A stretch of DNA of 63,490 bases, the filler included, from Choristocarpus tenellus KU-1152 (taxonomy: Eukaryota > Protista > Phaeophyceae): the NCBI GenBank assembly GCA_964200185.2. It is 10 parts of 10 records of this genome, joined end to end, with 100 filler letters (N's around TTAATTAATTAA, not from the genome) between each part and the next. Parts side by side here need not be neighbours in the genome. Positions count along the whole stretch, not along the records: positions 59,816 to 63,490 come from CAXNAD020018579.1; 9 more parts are not named here. One strand, 5' to 3'. Position 1 is the stretch's first letter. Every line of letters begins with the position of its first letter. Positions 61,181 through 63,490 of this stretch are shown here, piece by piece. Made by a program: the position numbers and the translations under genes. Below the pieces are notes generated by a model. That model had not been told where the DNA came from, did not search any database, and saw only the letters and a list, made by a program, of their open reading frames with translations.

Positions 61181-62639
61181 TTAACGAGGCAGCTCAGGTG
61201 GGTTCAGACTCTCGTCTGCAAAGGGTCCACCAGGAATGAAGGGGCTTCCTGGTAGCCCCTTCGCCATCTCCAAGACACTATCAGCTGTAAGCTCATCACT
61301 TGTGGGCAGCCCAAGAGATTTCTGCCGTTGGTCAAACATTATCTTTCGAATTGCCCCTTGTGTCTCCTCATTGTATTCACTGATTTTGCATGTGGAATCC
61401 ACCTGGAGAAGAGTGGTGTTCAGGGAGGCAGGGAGGTTTTTGAGATAATATTTGGTGCCATTGCACAGAACCTTGTCGTTTCTATAACAGAAGAGATGTG
61501 GTGCGAAAATGACAGGAGGGGCTACAATTGGCAACATGTTTGGCATGCTACTTTCCAATGGATTTAATGTCCCGAGGAGGGCTTGTGGTGTGTCATTAGT
61601 AAGGCATAGACTAGTAGTTCTCCTTGAGGACATCACATTGAATGAAGACAGATACATTGAACGTAGACAGAAACGAGGCTAAGCCGCCAAGAAAAATAAA
61701 CTGTGAGGAGTGTTACTGCATCGGGTAAGTCAATTTCAATTCGCTTCATACCCATTATCCCACGGACAATTCGTTGTCATGAACCCCTACGTCAGAGGAG
61801 ATAATCACTCTCTTTTAAGGGCATCTCGAAAGGGTCAATGACTTCACCTGTGTAGCATCAATCTCTGGATCTCCCTCCACGATACTTCTCCACCAATTCT
61901 TTTGTGCCTTCTCAAGCGAGATAACCACTGTGTTGCCGTCCACCAGGCTCCACAGGCTGCCGTCCCTTGATACCGCACCCGGCATCTGCCCTTCGATGAT
62001 GGGTCCACTCCCTCCTTTAACCGATAAATGCAACTTCCGTGCCCCAATATTGCACTTCACGTCCCTGGACCGAGTACCTGCTGGCACATCAGCGTAAACT
62101 GAAGCCTCGTAGAGCGTCTGGGTCCAATAGTAGCGCGAGGTCACTCCACCATTACCTATCGGGATTTGTTTGCCGTCTTCCGTGTATCGCACGTTTATAC
62201 CACTCCCGCTGCCAGAGGTAGGGGTAATAGGAGACTTTTTATTTGATGAAGCTCCAGATGGGGAAGGCGGCTCCGTCGAAGGTACCTCCGCTCCTGTCTC
62301 TCCTTTCTCGACTGATTTTGCAGATGAATTTAACCCTACCACTTCACCAGTCTTTCCCCTTCTCACAACAGGAGTGACCTTTTGAACCTCCTTCGGAGAA
62401 CGCGTGGGTTCGTTGTACTTCTTGTACGAAAAAGATCTGAAGGTGTTTAGGAGGATGCTCTCAGCCTTCCCTTCTGGGAAACCCATGGATGCCCTCGAAT
62501 TTTTGACAGGGTCAAATGTCACGTAGAAGTCTGTACTGCGGTGTAAGAATGAGAAGAAAATGCGTAGGAGGGACTCTACCCCTCCAGCCTGACCAGCCAT
62601 GGTAAGAAGCACATCGTCAAAGCGCTTGTCGTGCAACAT
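61181..62639 (-). CDS. NUDC: NudC-family co-chaperone (NudC N-terminal, CS/p23 and C-terminal domains), ~337 aa; exons 62639-61848, 61402-61181
   Basis: LLRIFFSFLHRSTDFY; GNGGVTSRYYWTQTLYE...SLWSL...ISLEKAQKNWWRSIVEGDPEID; ETQGAIRKIMFDQRQKSLGLPTSDE. Phase-0 GT-AG intron. The start could lie in an upstream exon (acceptor-like site near 62700). Confidence 0.93.
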
Positions 62640-63304
62640 CTTCCGTACTAAATCCCTCTCCTCTTCAAGGTGACAGGGTCTATTGCAGACCAGTGGGAGC
62701 TGAAAGAGAGGCAAGGACAATCAAAGATAACGCAAAGGCGAGGGATATCCCAGTAGGGTGGTCACACCCTCTACTTGTGTTGATGAAGAAGGGGTTTAGA
62801 ATATACCAACTGATCCTCACATCGCGCGCAACAACTTCAGTACTTGCTGTCAAGTATACTCGCAAGACAAGTAAGTAACAATAATAATAAATATTTCTAA
62901 TAATGTAAACAATATGTAACATGTTTTGATAGTATTATTAATACAAAAGGAAATAACATCCCAAAAAAGTCGTGTATGATGTGTACAACTTGTAATTGTT
63001 AGGAGTTGTGGCATTCTTGACTCAATACAACAACTTGTAGAATGTTGAGGAAGATGTAGTGGTCAGTAATGGTAGGATTAAAATAATTTTATGTATCATT
63101 ATCATTATTATCAATGAGTGATAATAAGAGAGTCGACCTAAACCAGAGGCACCCAAAGATGCATTTATCTTTAGAGTAGCCATAATTATACACAAAATTG
63201 AACTTTTTTTACAAAATAAATGCGTGTGGGATATTTTCAGTGTTTTTGTGTCAAAAAGTTTCAAACAGAGAAATAAATGAATATTCTCAAGTTTAACTTA
63301 ACAC

Positions 63305-63488
63305 CCATGAACAGCCGATTTCAAAAATTGAGGATGGAGCTTTTCATTGAGGATGGGCTTGACCCGATTTAAAAAAAAAATGACAATACCAAAAAAAATA
63401 TATCAACACTTTATCCCAGTCAATTTTGAGTCAAGCCCATCCTCAATGAAAAGATTCATCCTCAATTTTTGAAGTCGGCTGTTCATGG
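63305..63488. mobile_element. Palindromic MITE related to family C: 59-bp inverted repeats around a 66-bp spacer
   Basis: 63305-63363 and 63430-63488 are reverse complements with about 3 mismatches. Confidence 0.9.
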
Positions 63489-63490
63489 AA

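Overview
Eukaryotic nuclear DNA, most likely from a photosynthetic stramenopile such as a brown alga. That assignment is inferred from the H3 motif FQGSAV, an ASAF plastid-targeting motif, TTAGGG repeats and spliceosomal introns. The window is not contiguous: ten short contigs are joined by artificial 100-bp N44-TTAATTAATTAA-N44 linkers, so adjacency across linkers means nothing. Genes: a divergent histone H4 (truncated)/H3 pair with a 3' histone stem-loop, a ZGPAT-like CCCH/Tudor/G-patch gene, a NudC gene, a GT-A-type glycosyltransferase-like gene with a GC-AG intron, a PH-like gene, a small plastid-targeted protein, and several unknown multi-exon genes that the ORF track does not show. Most intergenic DNA is decayed transposable elements: Copia, Gypsy gag, RTE LINE, a full-length plant-type mariner and at least five MITE/short repeat families. 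The most striking observation is a ~380-bp open-frame fragment of a bacterial Tn3-family transposase inserted exactly inside one copy of a host MITE, whose uninterrupted sister copies lie in the same window. All homology calls come from motif recognition, not database searches.
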